Assembly (NCBI GenBank): GCA_964016885.1
Contig: OZ024740.1
Location: forward strand, 327,794,001 to 327,858,000
Source of the DNA: Eledone cirrhosa
Taxonomy: Eukaryota
Reading direction: 5' to 3'
Length of the DNA: 64,000 nucleotides
Below the pieces are notes generated by a model. It was not told the origin of the DNA. It searched no databases and was given only the letters and a program-made list of their open reading frames with translations. Shown piece by piece: positions 42,825 through 56,600 of this stretch (position 1 is its first letter; every line of letters begins with the position of its first letter). The position numbers were made by a program, and so were the translations under genes.

Positions 42825-43260
42825 CTAACAATAGGTATTGCCGCAGAGAACAGCCAGCAACACCTTTTGCATCAACAACTCCACCTCACACTGTTCCATC
42901 TTCATGTGGGATGCCTTCTTCCCAGTTTTGCGGAGGAAAATGGCAGTTCGTAATCCAAGGACACCAGAGGTCTCGACGGTGACCGGTCTGAAAAGGAAGC
43001 CGTCGGCCAAGGCCTGGTATCTGGCTTATCTTCCGCTCCTCTACATTACAGGCGGCAGTGCTCGGGTTTGTGGTCGAAGTGACAAGGGTTTGAGGCGGAG
43101 AATGTACGTGGTGTCCCAGATAAGAAATTTACCCATCTCAAACAGGAAAAGGAGTTATCCCGTCGGCGCACTAACTATCACCACAGTCGAGGCCAACATG
43201 CTCTTGTGATGGGAAACAGGACGTATCAAGGCTCCTTCTGATTATGTTCAAAGCGTCGTC
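42825..43260 (-). mobile_element. CRE-clade-like non-LTR retrotransposon 3' fragment (RLE)
   Basis: GKFLIWDTT..YQALADGFLFRPVTVETSGVLG..FL..EVELLMQ..AVLCGN, which is the typical CRE RLE C-terminus. Confidence 0.65.
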
Positions 43261-44084
43261 CCAAAGGAGCCGACCTGCACTGTTGACTTTGTGACATGAA
43301 CCTCACATAAACTAAATCTTAAAACCTCTGACTAAGTTTTGAACTTTTTATCGGTAAAAAATAATTGTTTCTACTTTAGGCACAAGGCCAGCAATTACCC
43401 AGTGCATTACTGGTACTTTATTTTATCGACCCTGTAAGGATGAAAGGCAAAGTCAACCTCGGCGGGATTTGAAAAAATAATGTCAGTCGCGATTGTCTGT
43501 GACTGATCCCGTTTAATTTCCATATAAAAGCCATTTCCTTATATTTACATCGTTAATAAAATTTGAAAAGAAATTAATATTTATATTTTCTGATTCGTTA
43601 AGTTTATGACTGTCAAGCATAGGCTATATGAGAAACAGTTATGGTTTCATTATGCCAGACGATTGGAGTGGATCGGTATAGACTATTGAATAACCATCAG
43701 GATATTACTCGTGTGTATATATAATCTATATATAATCTTATTGGGCGCAGGGGATGAACAATACTGTTGACATTGAAGACATTTGAACAGAGAATTTCAA
43801 CGCTTTACTACCTTGTCCCTCTGTCATCCTTAGCTTTCGATATGTAAAGAGCCATTGATGGAAAACCTAAACACGCTTACTCTTCCTGTAAGAAATAGCA
43901 GTCGATTCTCTTTAGCAAAACACTCTACTATCTTAAAGGGAAAGGCCACATTAAATAATGTGGTTGTATATACATTATATCTTGAGAAAATAGACAGGAT
44001 TATCATGGCTGGAATATCTAATAATAAGTCTCCTCGAGATAACCTGAGGCAGAACATCAACAAACACTCATTAGGTGTGGGTCA

Positions 44085-44175
44085 ACTAAGTCCCCATGGA
44101 CAATAACTCTAAACAGACTAACGTCAGCCAATAGAATGGCGTGTATCTAACACCACTGGCAACCACTGTTTAAAT
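44085..44175 (+). promoter_or_regulatory. Putative BBS4 proximal promoter
   Basis: CCAAT (agCCAATag, 44128-44132), CRE-like taacgtca (44119-44126), imperfect RFX X-box GTCCCCATGGACAA (44090-44103) and half-site TGGCAAC (44157-44163), all just upstream of the ATG. Confidence 0.4.
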
Positions 44176-44205
44176 ATGGCAGACGTCGGTGCTAAAAAAT
44201 TACAT
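44176..44205 (+). CDS. BBS4: BBS4 putative first coding exon ([10 protein letters not shown])
   Basis: ATG at 44176 (aatATGG), strong donor CAT|GTAAGT, phase 0, CCAAT box just upstream, phase-compatible with the next exon. No sequence homology support. Confidence 0.65.
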
Positions 44206-46412
44206 GTAAGTTTGTGAATATGTTTCAATCTTCGTCTTTTCGGGGAATTAATTTGGGAATTAATATTTTCATCTTTGATCTCAGAAATATGCTCAGTAAT
44301 TTTCAAAAATGCTTTATTATTGTTTTGCAAGAAGCCATTAAAATACTTTTTGGCTATATAATTGTGTAAAACTCCTTGACAACGACAACTAATGCGGTGT
44401 TTATATTTTTTCTTAGGATTAATTGGAATATTTTGATATATGCATGTTGTCTGATTCTCATTCGAAAAGAATATTGTTGTTGTTATGAGTTCACATCCGT
44501 TCAGAGCCGCTTATATTTTTCAATCCTTTAGGGTTAATACAATAGTTAATTAAATAGATATGTTACTTTTATCAGCAGCAGCATCGTAATAATCATTATT
44601 ACAATTTTCAGGCACAAGAGAAAGTGTGTGTCGATATCAGACTTTACAAACTAATATACAAATTTGTATTAACTATCGAAGGCGGTGAATTAGCAGAGCC
44701 ATTAGAACGTCGACATTCGTTCTGGCTGTCTATGTTCCGAGTCGAATCCCTATTGTGTAATTTAAGGTGACTGAAGTATGTTGGTCTAAACCCGCAATAA
44801 GTGTGCGAACTCCCCCTTCCCCACCTTTTTGTTATTTTTTTGTTTTACTTATTAAATAAAGCAAATACTAATCTAGTAAGAAAATAAAAATATTTGAAAT
44901 ATGTATGCATATATATATATATGTATATATCAGCATCATCTTCCATGCTTGCATGGGTTTGGACGGGAATTGTCCCACTTGAAGCAAGATTGGTTGTCTT
45001 GCTCGTATAGGACTGCCTGGCGGGTTTTCTACGGCTGGATGCCCTTCCTAACACCAACCACGTTTACAGTGTGGACTGGGAGGTTTTTACCGTGTTACCT
45101 ACACGGCCACATTACAGTGTGGACTGTGTGTTTTTTTGTCGTGACACCTACACGACCTCATTTATTTCGGACTGGATGTTGTGGTACCAACATAACTTTA
45201 CATCGAAAGATGATGACGATGATGATATATATGAGAGAAGATAAAAATATTTGAAATCTGTATATATATATTTAACGAAGGGTATTGGTAAGATATTGTT
45301 AGATGGATTAACATGGTTGTTAGATGAAATAACAAGAATAAATGATTTACTTTACATATGAGGGCAATCCCAAAAGTAAGGTCCTTCCGATATTGCAACT
45401 TTTCCGTTAAAATCCTGTGGATGGTGCTTCGGGAAACCTCAGGAACTAAAATGCAGAGAACATCCAGAGTGATCCGCCGATCTTTACACATGTTTTCCTC
45501 GGAAGGAGACCTTACTTTTGGGATTGCTCTCTATATAATAACTGCGCAAAATTAGCACTTGGCAGTAGCGTTCAACGGGAGCTCCATTCTCAACAGCTGC
45601 CGAGCCGAGATTGAGCATCCCAGCGAAGCTCGCACATGCTTGTTTGAGAGTGAAGGAAGCACCAATCACAACAGTGTTGCCAACAGCTGTACGAACAGTT
45701 TCTCTGCGTCCCCATCGCTTTGAAGACCTTACTTTTGGGATTACCCTCGTATAAAGGTTTACTTCACTTGAGTCAAAAAGAACAATAAACATATTACCAC
45801 GAGTTGCGAAGGTTGACAATGTTATTTTTGTTGTTGGTTCATGAGGCTGGTGTAGTCTGAGACCAAGAGAGAGAGAGGGATAATGGTCTGTAGACCTCTG
45901 CGGCCTGAAGGTAGCGGTGATCTTTACATAGCTTGTTGCTAGCGTAATGCTCTGATCTCTCTGTAAGTCTGTAGACCTCTGGGGCCTGAAGGTAGCGGTG
46001 AATCTTTCACATAGCTTGTCTGTATCGTGGTGCTTCGATCTCTCTGTGTCTAAGGTGGGAAAATACAGGCTTTATATACCTGTCGCTTTCTGTCTCCCCC
46101 CTTGAGGGGATAGCCCACGCAGGAACCTGTTCACACCAAAAGGGTGGTGACCTAGAGTTTGACCTTTAGGTGTCACCCAAGGTTCAAGGCGTGGACAGAT
46201 CTCGCTACATATATACACACAGTGTTTTGATTATTTGCCAAGTACAAACAGTATTATAAAATCGAATTTCACAATAACATTGTAGATAGCTATTTTAAGA
46301 ATAAATCGTTTACGTACTAGACAATGAAACATATGTTAATGCTTGAAATAAAACCCTATTGTATAGCTTATCCATGTTAATCTTCTTTCATTCGTTATAT
46401 ATATATATATAT

Positions 46413-46443
<31 letters not shown>

Positions 46444-49400
46444 GGTTTAGCGTCCGTGTTCCACGCTTGCATGGGTTTGGACGGGGGTTTTCCCACTTGA
46501 GGCAAGAGTGGTTGTCTTGCTCGCATAGGACTGTCTGGCGGGTTTTCTACAGTTGGATGCCCTTCCTAACACCAACCACATTTACAGTGTGGGGCTGGGA
46601 GGTTTTTACCGTGTTGCCTACACGGCCACATTACAGCGTGGACTGTCTGGCGGGTTTTCTACAGCTGGATGCCCTTCCTAACACCAACCACATTTACAGT
46701 GTGGGGCTGGGAGGTTTTTACCATGTTGCCTACACGGTCACATTTACAGCGTGGACTGTGTGTTTTTTTTGTCGTGACACCTACACGATCTCATTTGTTT
46801 CGGCCTGGATGTTGTGGGACCAACATAACTTTACATTGAAAGGGGCGGTGTGGATGGGGTGGAGGTGGTGGGACGGGTGTGTTTTGATAGAGATGCCTAC
46901 TGACTGTAGTAGGTTTTTACTTTGTATTTAGGTAAGGCGGGTCTTCTCTATTATATATATATATATAGGACGGGTTGGAAGAAGTTTAGGGAGCTGCTTC
47001 CTCTGCTGACGAAGAAGGGTTTCTCCCTGCGTACGAAAAGCCGGTTATATGATGCCTGTGTGAGGAGCGCAATGCTGCATGGTAGTGAGACATGGGCAGC
47101 AACTGCAGAGGATGTGCAGTGTCAATGTGCGTGAATGACCCAGCATGAATGTGTTGAGAGAGAAACTGTGTCTGAGAGGGATAGAATGTAGTGTGTGAGA
47201 GTGGAGACTGAGGTGGTATGGACATGTGGTGCGCATGGAGGATGACCGATGGGTGAAGAAGTGCCAGGAAATGCCAGTTGAAGGAAGACGTGGTAGAGGT
47301 AGACCACGAAAAACATGGGCGGAGGTGGTGAGAACAGACCTCAGATCGCTGAAGCTCATGGTGGAGATGACAAAGGACCGTGACAAGTGGAGAGATGCTG
47401 TGCTGAATAAGACCCATCCCACCCTTGCAAGCAGGGAAGAGCAGACGTAAAATGATGATGATGACGATGATGATATACAGATTTCAAATATTTTTATCTT
47501 CTCTCTAGACCAAGCATGTCAAACTGAGGTCCCCGAGGAGAGCCACATGGGTCACATATGTATTGTCTGAGGGCCACACATGACAACTAATTGCGCACAT
47601 TACAACTAATTTTTTTTTATGTTATGATAAAACATGCTCGTGCTGTAAAAATCTTTGTGCGGGTCGCAGGTGTGTTTATAAAGGGCCGCAAGTTTGACAT
47701 GCCTGCTCTAGACCACCCCAAGCAAATTTAATGTAAAATTTCTAACAATAAAATAAAATATTTATCTATATTTAGTCATTAAAATATTTAAAAGGATTAA
47801 GTGTATATAATTTAGAATAAATGAGCAATTCCCTAAACTGAAGAGTAGACAAGCCAACACAGGAGTCTGTAGATAGTCGTTTGACCTGCAAGAAATAGCA
47901 ACCAAATTTCCTTTAACTCACACTCCACCAACTTAAAAATAGAATGAATCATTACTACTCCTATGTAAATAAGGTGTGATGGCCATGGCTAGAATGCTTT
48001 TGATCATAGGTTTAATTTTAAGACAGAGTTAAAGGAAAATAACGACTGATAAGGAAAAATGAAATTTTATAACATAATAAATAAGAGGATGTTGTAATTT
48101 TCTTGGTGTATTGTGTTAAGTGTAGAAAATTGTGTTTTGTTTGAAAGCTTCCCAATGTGAATTGGATAGTAAATGTTAAAAATATAATAACCTTCAAATA
48201 TCAAAAAATGGCAGCATAAGAATAATGAAAAATATACAGCTCTGAACTAGCTTCTTCTATAGAAATATACACAATTTAATAAGTGAGTAACTACATCGAT
48301 GAATGACTATAAAAGAATTAGAAAAACACTACAAATATTTAAAAACAGAAAAGGAAGGGAAAAGCAAGGGCTCTAGGGCCACAAAAGAGTGGGAGGGGGG
48401 GGGGCTCTGAGTCTAGGGCACAGTGGTGTTTTGGTTATGCTCCACAGACATGACCGCAAAAGCATTTCCGCCAGATATACCCACTGCAACAGCCACCCCA
48501 CCTTGTGGGGATCCTTCCTCAGATGGGCTGCTGACATTCCAATCTTGTGGAGGAGCTCAGCAGTATGGGGTCCATACTCTTAATCTTTTAATGAAAGGAT
48601 TTTATCCTGAAATATAAGGACCTACAAAGAACTGCAAAGTAACATCCCAACATCATTATTATCCTATTTTTAACATTTACCGTTCAGTCTACATTGTGGT
48701 AGCTAATAAATAAAGCAGTACTGTTTTACATGATAACTTATTTATTCATATTTATGTCCACAGCAAAATGGTACCTCGACACCTGTTATGAATCCATTAT
48801 CAACTTCAGTGAATGATTCAGTAACATCGATTACATCACAACCACATCAAACAGCTGTAAAACAAAGAAAACGTCAGTAATGTTGCTTATTTATCCACAG
48901 ATTCTTTATATTATTTTAACTAACTTAGTTTTTTTATGGTAACATGCTTAATGATATATAAAGCGTCCCAGCTGTCAAAAATAGCATAAAACTATTCCTC
49001 TTATAAAATTACTGTGGAAAAGTCATTTAACTATTTGAATACACACAAAAAGTGTTAACTTTATTTTATATATGTATCATTTGTCTTTTGATGTCCAAAT
49101 TTTCGTTGCACTCTCTATGACTTTTGTCCTGTAACCTGGTTCCACGAAAATGTTCACACCAAGAGAAAAATGGCTAAAATGAACTCAGATCAAGTTACTT
49201 GCCAGACGAACAACTGTGGCTAAATGGCTCTTCTATGCAGTAATTGTTTTAGTTTCAGATCAAATTACTTGCCGGACAAGTACAACTCCAATATATTCCC
49301 TATGCTAGCAGGGAAAAAGTAAGTAAATGTGAAATTGCAAAAACATTTTGTTTTTGTTTTTGTTTTGTTTTAATTTATGTGTGTGTGTGTTTATGAAATT

Positions 49401-50565
49401 TCAAAAATATTGTTTTGATTAATCTCCATTCTCCGGGATAATGCCTTTGCCATTAAGTTCACGGAGTGCAGCTGAGGCACGGCTCAGACTGGGATGTAGT
49501 GTCTGTCGCTCCTTTTCTCCCTTTCTGCAACTACCGAGGCATAGTACATCATGAATATGCACCAGAAGGACAAAGGAGTACTATCAGGAAGATCTCTGAT
49601 GCTTTCATAAAGCAGTTCAGCTCAAGAGACTGGATCTGTGAGCCTTGCAAAACTAGCAGTTGCATTATGACAATGCCCATCTCATTCAATGCAACTGATA
49701 CTAGGTTTCTTGACAAAGAGAGGCATTTCACACACTTGCCAACCTCCCTACTCACCAGTCATGGTTCCTTCTAACTTTTAGTTGTTCCTAAAAATGAGGG
49801 TGTCACTGGAAGGCTCTCACTTTGAAATCTAAGAGGATATCATGCAGACTGCAACAGCAGGGCTGAGCCATTCTGGATGAAGCGTTTTAGACAGGCTTCA
49901 AACAGAGGAAGGATTCCTAAGCCAGCTGTGTGGAGGCACAAGAGACATATTTTTAAAGGCTTAGCAACTAAACCCCAACCAAGCAGGTAATTTTTTCCCA
50001 GCCTAAGATCAAGCACTTTTTCAACAGCTCATATATGGAGGCACATTGGCTTAGTGATTAGAGCATTGGCCTTGCAATCGAAAGGTTGTGAGTTCAATTC
50101 TCAGACCAGGTGATGTGTTGTTTCCTTGAGCAAGACACTTTATTTCACATTGCTCCAGTTTACTCAGCTGTAGAAATGAGATGATAGGGACTGGGGTCCC
50201 TATCATTCCACTGCAAAGTGGTCGTGGAGGTGCCACGGCAAAAAAGCACCCAGCACTCACTGTAAATGAGGTTGGTGTTAGGAAGGACATCCAGCTGTAG
50301 AAATCAAGCCAGAATCAGTTCCCGTCCCACCCTTGCAAGCAGGGAAAAAGCGGACATAAAATGAAATGATGATGATGACATTCTTTTAATAGTACCCCAG
50401 TACTACTTTGTGTATTTTCTTTTTAAAGTCTTGTGTTTATTTTATTGATGTCTTTTTTGCCTAAGTTGCAGGATATAACCCCAACCACTGGCATAAACAT
50501 AGACACATACCCACACACACATATACATATATATATGTGTGTATATGTGTGTACATATATATATA

Positions 50566-50636
<71 letters not shown>

Positions 50637-53600
50637 GCATACAACAGGCTTCTACAGTTTCCATCTACCAAATTTTATTCACAAAACATTGGTCAAATCA
50701 AGTCTATAAGTAGAAGACACTTACCCAATATGTCGCGCTGATAGACTGAAATGAGAACCACATGATTGAGAAGTGAACTCCATAACCACACAGCCATACT
50801 TGTGACTTAAAAATACATTGAGTTTGCTGTATATAATTTTATTTTACTTTATTTCTTACCTACTGAACACAGCTTGTTACATGTATGTCTGTAATATTTT
50901 CTAGCCCCAGAATTACCAGCTATTGAATCTCGCAACTGGTTGATTCATCTTCATTATATCAGAAAAGATTTTGAAACTTGTAAAATTTTAAACAAAGAAC
51001 AACTTACTGAAACAGGAGGATTATGTGAATTTGCAATCTTTGTGGAAGGTAAATATATTGTTATTTTTGTTAGTTGTTGTTTTCTTGTATATTTCTGGGG
51101 TTTTATAGGTACAAGTGGTGAATTAGCAGAGTCTTAAGAGTATCAGATTAAAAAGTTTTGCAGTATCAGTTTTGGCTCTCTCCTACTATGGTCAACTTTA
51201 TCTTTCAGCCTTTTAGGGTTGTTAAATAAAGAACCAATGAAGAGTGTTCGTAAAATTGTTATGCTATTTCTTTTGACACTGTTTCTGAGTTTGCCTGCAA
51301 CATCACCTATGCCAAGCTGTATAAGCCTTTCCTTTCCCTTGGACAATATTGCTTGCAAGGTAAGAGGAGACTTGCATGCATGGGTGACTCTTAATTTTCC
51401 ACAAAACACTTTGTCCAGGCTTATGCTTTAGAGAGGTAATTTCTAAGTGCAAACCCCTAGTCAGCCATGATGAAGAGTGCTTTCATAAACACAAGGTTAT
51501 TTAATGAAGTTGGGTGGAAATTCTGATTTACAAATGCACATCATGTAAATTAGACTGACCTTTTTACTATACTCTATATCTTGCTTGATAAAATGATGCT
51601 ATAAGAAAATTCCTCTGTAGACAAAATCATAGAGGTAGTTATTTTCTGATGCAAAGACAGTAATATCTGAAATGCATAATGGTATCTCTTATGTTTTGCT
51701 GGCTGGAGTGCACCAGGGGTCAACATTAAGCCCAGTATTATTTGTAGTTATGATAGAAGTGTAAGGTAAATTTACCATGGATGTTGCTGTATGCAGATGA
51801 CCAGCTGTTTATTGCAAAGAATACGAATGGACTGAGGGAGAAGATAATTAGATGGAAAGAATGTATGGAGGGAAAATGTATGAAGGTGAATATTGGAAAG
51901 ACGATGGTGATGGTAAGGGGTAAAGCATGTGGTGAGATGGAAAGAAAAGAAGGAAGTTAGCCATGTGCAGTATGTATGAAGGGTCTTGGAGTAAACTCCA
52001 TTAAATGTATGATATATACTGGGTGGGTACATTGAAAATGTAATAATGTAGTAGCTGCATTTCAACGTAAAATGTGTATGAGAGGAGCTACGGGTGCAGA
52101 GGATCTTGAGAATGGTGTGAAAATGGAAAGTGTAAAAATATTTTGTTACTTATGAAAAGTTTGTTCAACCCATGCTAGCATGGAAAAGCAGATATAAAAA
52201 CGATGATTTTGAATATCTATATATATAAAAATGTGGGTATGTGCATGTGTGTGAACGTCTGCACACATCCACATATATAATCTTTTTGTGATTATCTTTA
52301 GCTTTGATTCTGAGACAAGAAGGAAAAATTCAAGAAAGTCTTGATTTATTCCAAAATTGTGTTTTTCTAAACCCTCATTGTCCAGACAATTTGAAGCAAG
52401 TGGCAAGATCTTTGTGAGTATATCAATATTACATTTCTAAATAACCCACATTAAAATTTGTAGTATTTGGTATTTAACCATGCATCTTAATATCTCAATA
52501 TCGTGTCTAGTATTTAGGTTTCAGATTTTTAGCCTCAGCACAGCATTTATTCAATGTATATCAATTTTACAACTAAATATAAAGACAAACATATTCACTA
52601 CACAAAATCTCACAATATGAAAAACCATTGACATTATATAAAAATTATTGAACAGTGCCTCAAAAATATAATTCATTAATTACCATACACTGGGAAAAGC
52701 AGACGTAAAATGATGATGATGATGATGATGATGATACAGTGGTAAGAATCTCTCAGGTGAGCTGGACAGCAGATCTTCAAAGAAGAAACCCCCACTCTAA
52801 CTCAAGCTTGTGTTTCGGTCCTTAACTTCAAACTTACAAAATATATCTTAATATTTGGAATCAAATTAACAGTGGTGAATTAGCAGAATCAATAGAACAT
52901 CTTTTTAAATACCTTGTGGTATTTAGTTAAGCCCTTTATGTTCTGAGTTCAAATATTGGTTTCTGATTTAGGCACAAAGCCAACAATTTGGTGGGAGGGG
53001 AAAATCGATAAAATCAATCTCAGTGCATTACTGGTACTTTATTTGATCAACCCTGTAAGGATTAAGAACCAAACCTAACCTCAGCAGGATTTGAACTCAG
53101 ATCGTAAAGGGGCATAACCCTATGCCATAAAGCATGTTGTTCGTCGCTGTACCGATACTGCCCATCCACCGCCCTTCTGAGTTCAATTTCACCTTTCTTC
53201 CTTCATGATTCAATAAAATATGCACCAGTCAAATATTCAGATCAATTTAATCAACTAGTCCCACTCCTCTAACATGTGTGACTTGAAAATGTATTCACTG
53301 TAAATATTATCTAGTGAACACCATAAGCACTCAGTTGTTGTTGTTGTCGCTGCTCTTCTTCTTCTTCTTCTTCTTCTTTGCCCTGAGAGGGTCATGGGGG
53401 CAGAGTCCTCAAAAACTCCTTCCAGCAGGTCCTGTCAGAAGCAACCTTCTCCAACTGATTGGGCTAGATCCCCAGGCAAGACCAGTTAAGCTCATGGATG
53501 TTATCCAACCATCTTGCTCAGGGTCTTCCCCTGAGACTCCTACTGTTTGGTTTTGTCACTCAGTAATCCAATTTCAAAAGATGTTTTCTTTTTGCTTAGC

Positions 53601-56600
53601 CACATTGTGAAAGAATAGAATATTGTAACAATACTTTATCCCTTCCCCCTTTTTTTTTATATTTGTTGTTTTGTTAATAGCCAAAAGAAATAATTCATGA
53701 TATATTAGGAAGAAATGGCTTAAAATGGAGCCAATTAGAGCAGGTGTTGGCCATAATATTTACCAGAGAGCCCAGGGCCCATCACTTTTAAAAAAGGCAT
53801 TTTTTAAAAAATTAAATGGGATCTTTGGCAAATATACCAGTACCAAATCTCTATAGTTTATAATCATTATGTATATCTATAAATGTGTGTGTGTACATGT
53901 ATATATTTGTATATGTGCACATGTGAAGGCATAATGATCCATTCAATCCATGCCAGCATAAAAAGCAGACAGGTTGATGATGATGAAAAATTGGTAATAG
54001 GAAGGGCATACAGTCATAGAAAACTTTCCAAATGAAGGGTCAAGAGGACTCTTCGGTTGTTTCAAAACATGACAACCTCCCTAGTGTTGGGGCCATGATA
54101 AGATGCACCCAGTGGAGTGTGGGAACATATGTAAGCAAGATGGAGGGCTCTGGCCCATCTGAGAGGCCATTAGCTCCACTTCTGTACTGACTTGGTCTTT
54201 GATGACCTATCCAACCTTTGCGAGCAGGGAAAACAAAGTTAAATGATGATATATACAGTCAGTTAATCCTTCCAGTATTACTTACTTATTTGTATAACAT
54301 ACACTGTACTCTCTCTTGTCTTGTCCTAGTCACAAAAGTTTTGTACATATCTATATGTACTCTCTTTACTGTTTGTTCTAGCTGAAAGACTCCTGTATTG
54401 TCCTAGTCATAACATTTTTTTGTATATATACTCTTTTGACAGTTGGATTTAGTTTAAAGATTTCCTCATTTTAATTCCCTTGCTCATGTTGTGTCCCTTG
54501 TATTCTGTGGTAACTGTATTTATTTTTTGTTTCTTTTGTTTCTGTTTTTATATTGCTCCATATACATTTTTTCTGTGACTGTTCTTTCAGGTTTTTGTGC
54601 ATACTATAAATAATAATACAATAACATACATATGAATGAAATTTTATTTTTTAGGTTGTGGTTGATGAGGAAAATAAATGCTTGAGTTCATTTGCCTGCA
54701 ATATTTGTAATGCAAATCTGACATACCCATTTTATTTTTAGGTTCTTGTTAGCTCGACATAAAGCTGCTATTGGTGTTTATCAAGAAGCTGCAAAATACA
54801 GTGAAAAGGATTGGGTAATTTTTTCTTTCTTTTTATTTCTGTATATTAGTATATTACACAATACAATGCAATAAATCACAATATGGTGCAGTAAAGCCAA
54901 CTAAAATAAAAACCATTTTATCTGGTTTCTACAAACAGGCTATTTCATATTTCACAGTTGAATTATTAGTGATAAAATGATCATCTGAATATCAAGAGAA
55001 AATACTCCCCACTCATCTCCCCTCATTACCCATTCTGTGTCCACTTCCCAGCCTCACACAAACTACAGTGTCCACTCCTTGGGAATTTCTTCCCTGCGTA
55101 ATATTTTTATATGGCTATTGACTTGAAACTATTCAAGAGGAACGTTAACTGTATCGATCTCATTGGTCCCAGGCTTGCAAAGACCATGGATACAGCCCCT
55201 TCTTCCAAACCAAACCAAACTAATAAAAAAAAAGTAAGGAAACAGCTTAAAAGTGGACCATTAGAAGACATAACTAATAGACATAATGTCCCAAATCAAA
55301 AGAACCATTATTATCGTTGCCGACACCACCACCGTCATTATTGTCTTTATATCAATTTCTTTTCATGCTTGCATGGGTTAGATGATTTATATATTGTATT
55401 TATGTTTCTAGGAGATTGCTCACAATGTTGGAATTTGTTATCTGCACCTAAAGGATTACGAAAGGGTGAGTATCACATTGAAAATATTTGTTGTTGCTTT
55501 TGTTAGGGCCCCAATTTAGCTATGAACAAGCAAAGCTATTATCAAAGGTGTTCTAGCTGTGACCACTCCATCCTTTTTTCAGGCACAGTTTATTTAAGAC
55601 TAGATTAGCTAATATGTTCTTATTTACAAGTTTGAGGGAGATTTTACTGCTATTTTAACAACCCTTTCCTTAAATAATCTTCAGCTTTACTTCATATCTG
55701 GAGAAGGTTATAGAAAACCACCCCAGTGTAGCTTCCCTAGTACACTATGACAGTGTCATGGCAGATTATAAAGTGACTAGGGGCATAAGATGATCCATCC
55801 CCACTAGAATTTCCATTTAAAATGTAGGTTTTTAGTTGTATTTGCTCTATAAGACGACCTGGCAATATTTCACAATATCAGGTTACATGTGTTGTATTTT
55901 TTTGTTCAACATATTGTAATCTTTCACAAGAAATATTGCTGATTATGGAGTGACAACTCAAATCTATCCAGAAACCTTGTCTTTAACCCTTTAGCATTTA
56001 AACCAGCTATATCTGGCCAGAATTCTCTCACCTCTTTCTGTTCAAACTGGCCATAACCAGCCACTCATACTGATGTTAAGTTATTGTTCTTAGAATAAAT
56101 AATATCAAAATCTCATAGATTGGATATCATGTGACATAATTATGTGAGATAAAGCCTTTACCGTGAACATACAATAGTAAATATAGAATAATGTAAATGC
56201 TAAAGGGCTAAATAACCCTTTTGATACATATCCCCGCAAAACTTCCTCTGGGTATATGAAATACAACCACACATTTAAAAAGGTTTCTATTTAAATTAAA
56301 ATCTTCCAATGCCATTTGATATAAGAACCTTTTGTTAAGTTATCTTACAAACACCATCTTAACAGTAAAACTTTAATATAGTTGTATTTCATTAGAAATA
56401 CGGTCATGAAAGTGTTAAAAGTACTTGTAACTGCAAAGTTATTTGTGATTGGCCTGACTGACACTACTGGCTATTCACAGAGGGATTTTATTTGTAAACC
56501 AAACAAGCACAAACTACTTGTCTGTTAATTATATGCTGCTCATCTACAGTTGACCTGAAAGAGCATTTTGACAAGATAAAGTAAACAGAATGCACCATGA

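Noticed and set aside
40452-54679. 19-nt exact inverted match gttgatgaggaaaataaat (40452-40470 vs 54661-54679)
   Set aside because: Isolated and AT-rich with no extension, so plausible by chance in 64 kb.
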